Assembly: GCA_963842945.1 (NCBI GenBank)
Contig: CAWJIM010000001.1
Location: forward strand, 64,001-128,000
Reading direction: 5' to 3'
Source: an uncultured Gemmatimonadales bacterium
GTDB taxonomy: Bacteria; Gemmatimonadota; Gemmatimonadetes; Gemmatimonadales; GWC2-71-9
Length of the DNA: 64,000 nucleotides
Shown: piece after piece, positions 62,457 through 64,000 of the stretch
Numbering within the stretch: position 1 is the first letter of the stretch
Layout of the letters: the number at the start of each line of letters is the position of its first letter
Program-made: the position numbers and the translations under genes
Notes under the pieces: generated by a model
The model's input: only the letters and a program-made list of their open reading frames with translations
Databases searched by the model: none
Told to the model about the DNA's origin: nothing

Positions 62457-63948
62457 TCACTTCCCCTTATCAGCGAACGAGGCAATGGTCCACGGAGCGA
62501 AGCCGCCGCTGCCGTCGCGCACCCACACCGTCCCGCCTTTGGGGTATTTCTGGTTTAACGCGTTGCGGACCTCTTGTTCGTGGAAGTTGCCTTCTTGTAT
62601 CCGGGTTTCTGTAGCGCGGATCTCCATGTCAGCGAACGTTCCCAGCTCGTCCTCGCTGCGCTTCACGAGCTTTTCGATGCGTTTGGCGGGATCGTCTCTG
62701 AGCAGTTCGCGGCGCATCAGCTCACCGTGCATGTATTCGTGATCACGCGAAGCAGCAACCAGACGGGCAAAGGTGTCGGACGTTTCGCTTCGCTCTATTG
62801 ACCTCGAATAACACCGAGCCCTTCACCAGATCAGGATTGAACAGGGCTCGCCGCCTCACGATCAGGGCCTGCTTGGTCACATACCAGTATCCGTCGAACG
62901 GTCGTCCGGGATCATCGATCCCGGAGACGAGATAGCCCGCGCTCGCATCGTCTTTCCAACTCCCGGGATGGGTTGCGTGCAATCCGTGAGCTGCATCCTC
63001 GCCTTCGAACGCGCAGGCGTCCTGACCGAACTTGCTTTCCCGGACGACCAGTTTCTGTCCCTCCAGGACTCCGTCCTTCGGCTCCTGGATGAATGTTGTC
63101 TTCCATTGGCGCGGGACCACCTTGGCGGTCCCGGAGGTGGAAGCTTTCTTTTTTCCATCGCTCACTTCCAGATCAACGTGGACGTCCTCCAGCAACACCA
63201 GCTCCACCTTGCGTTCAGTGGTCTCGAAGGTCACGGAAGGCGCGCCGGGCGAGCCGATCGGGTTCAAGGTCCATTTGAGCGATTTGATGCGGCCCTTGGA
63301 CCGGGACGCGTCCAACGTTGCTTTGGTGCCCCGCTGGGCGGACCCAGCGGTCAGTACCGCCCGCAGCGGGATTTCATTGGGCGTGAGTGTCATCACGCTT
63401 TTCATGTAAACGTCGGTGTTTGCGCCGCTTTCTTGAGCGAAAATCAAACTGTCGGCCGCTTCGGGGACTTGGATTTCGGCACTTCCGTCCTGCGCCGGCT
63501 GCTGAAAAGTCATGGACTCAACCGTCTTGCCCATGATCTTCATCTTCATTTTGTGCTTGCTTGCATCGCTGTGGCTGGCGAGCTTCGCCACATTGCCGGT
63601 CAGGTCTAGGATCAACTTCAGGTCGGCCGTCTTGCCCCCTACCAGCGTTCCGCTGAACGGGCCCGCCTGGTCCTCATCGGAGTCTTTGCCTTTGATCTTC
63701 CCTTCCCAGATTTCGGTGGACCCCTCGACCCGATGCTTGTCGAGGACGAATTTTGTCGAGCCCGAGCGATGTTTGCGGGTGCCTGCCAGCGTGATGTCGA
63801 TATCATAGGTGTAAAGGCCCTGCCAACGTTCCACCCCTTGGAACTGGCTGGCAGTTCCTTGCGCGAGAGCGGAGGGCGAGAGCGCGAGGGTGCCCATCAA
63901 TGCCGCGACGGAGCGGCCCCAATGCGGTTCGAGGCGAGGCATGCGCAC
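62457..63948 (-). CDS. Exported hypothetical protein with PKD-like domain and C-terminal HExxH motif (indel near 62790)
   Basis: Signal peptide ending SALA; PKD-like LDASRSKG.I....W and V.LEVSDG; HEYMH at 62741-62727 in frame with ORF 62457..62732. Confidence 0.7.
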
Positions 63949-64000
63949 GACGTCGACTCTCTTCAGACTCGGTGGGCGGCAAAGACGTGGCTGATCAGCT

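Overview
A GC-rich, gene-dense chromosomal segment from a diderm bacterium, probably Gemmatimonadota. This is inferred from the FCB-type LpxC-FabZ fusion and LysS insert together with bshC, mcsAB-clpC and gene order. Bases 1-12431 are all + strand: the 3' part of rpoN, followed by a tightly coupled cell-surface glycosylation operon ending in dapF. From 12614 onward almost every gene is on the - strand. This arm carries era, Trm112, a ClpN-domain/Ca2+:H+ exchanger, a GGDEF protein, a zinc-ribbon protein, prfB, lysS, lolCDE-type genes, mcsA-mcsB-clpC, bamA-skp-lpx genes, gdh, rlmH, bshC, murJ, uvrC, larC, phhA, der-plsY-gpsA, surE-pcm, apt and two tRNAs. The two arms converge on a 180-bp gap containing a clear XerC/XerD dif site next to DnaA-box-like 9-mers, so this is probably the replication terminus. 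Many genes, including essential ones, are broken by single-base indels that look like long-read consensus errors; only the prfB shift is a recognisable programmed frameshift. Best leads: the Clp-N-domain/CAX antiporter fusion near an arginine-kinase locus; the dif plus DnaA-box cluster; a bshC-coupled NmbA-like methyltransferase; an Ig-domain copper-radical oxidase lipoprotein behind a sigma54-like promoter; and an exported PKD-like protein with an HExxH motif hidden by a frameshift. No CRISPR array, rRNA, integrase or transposase was seen.
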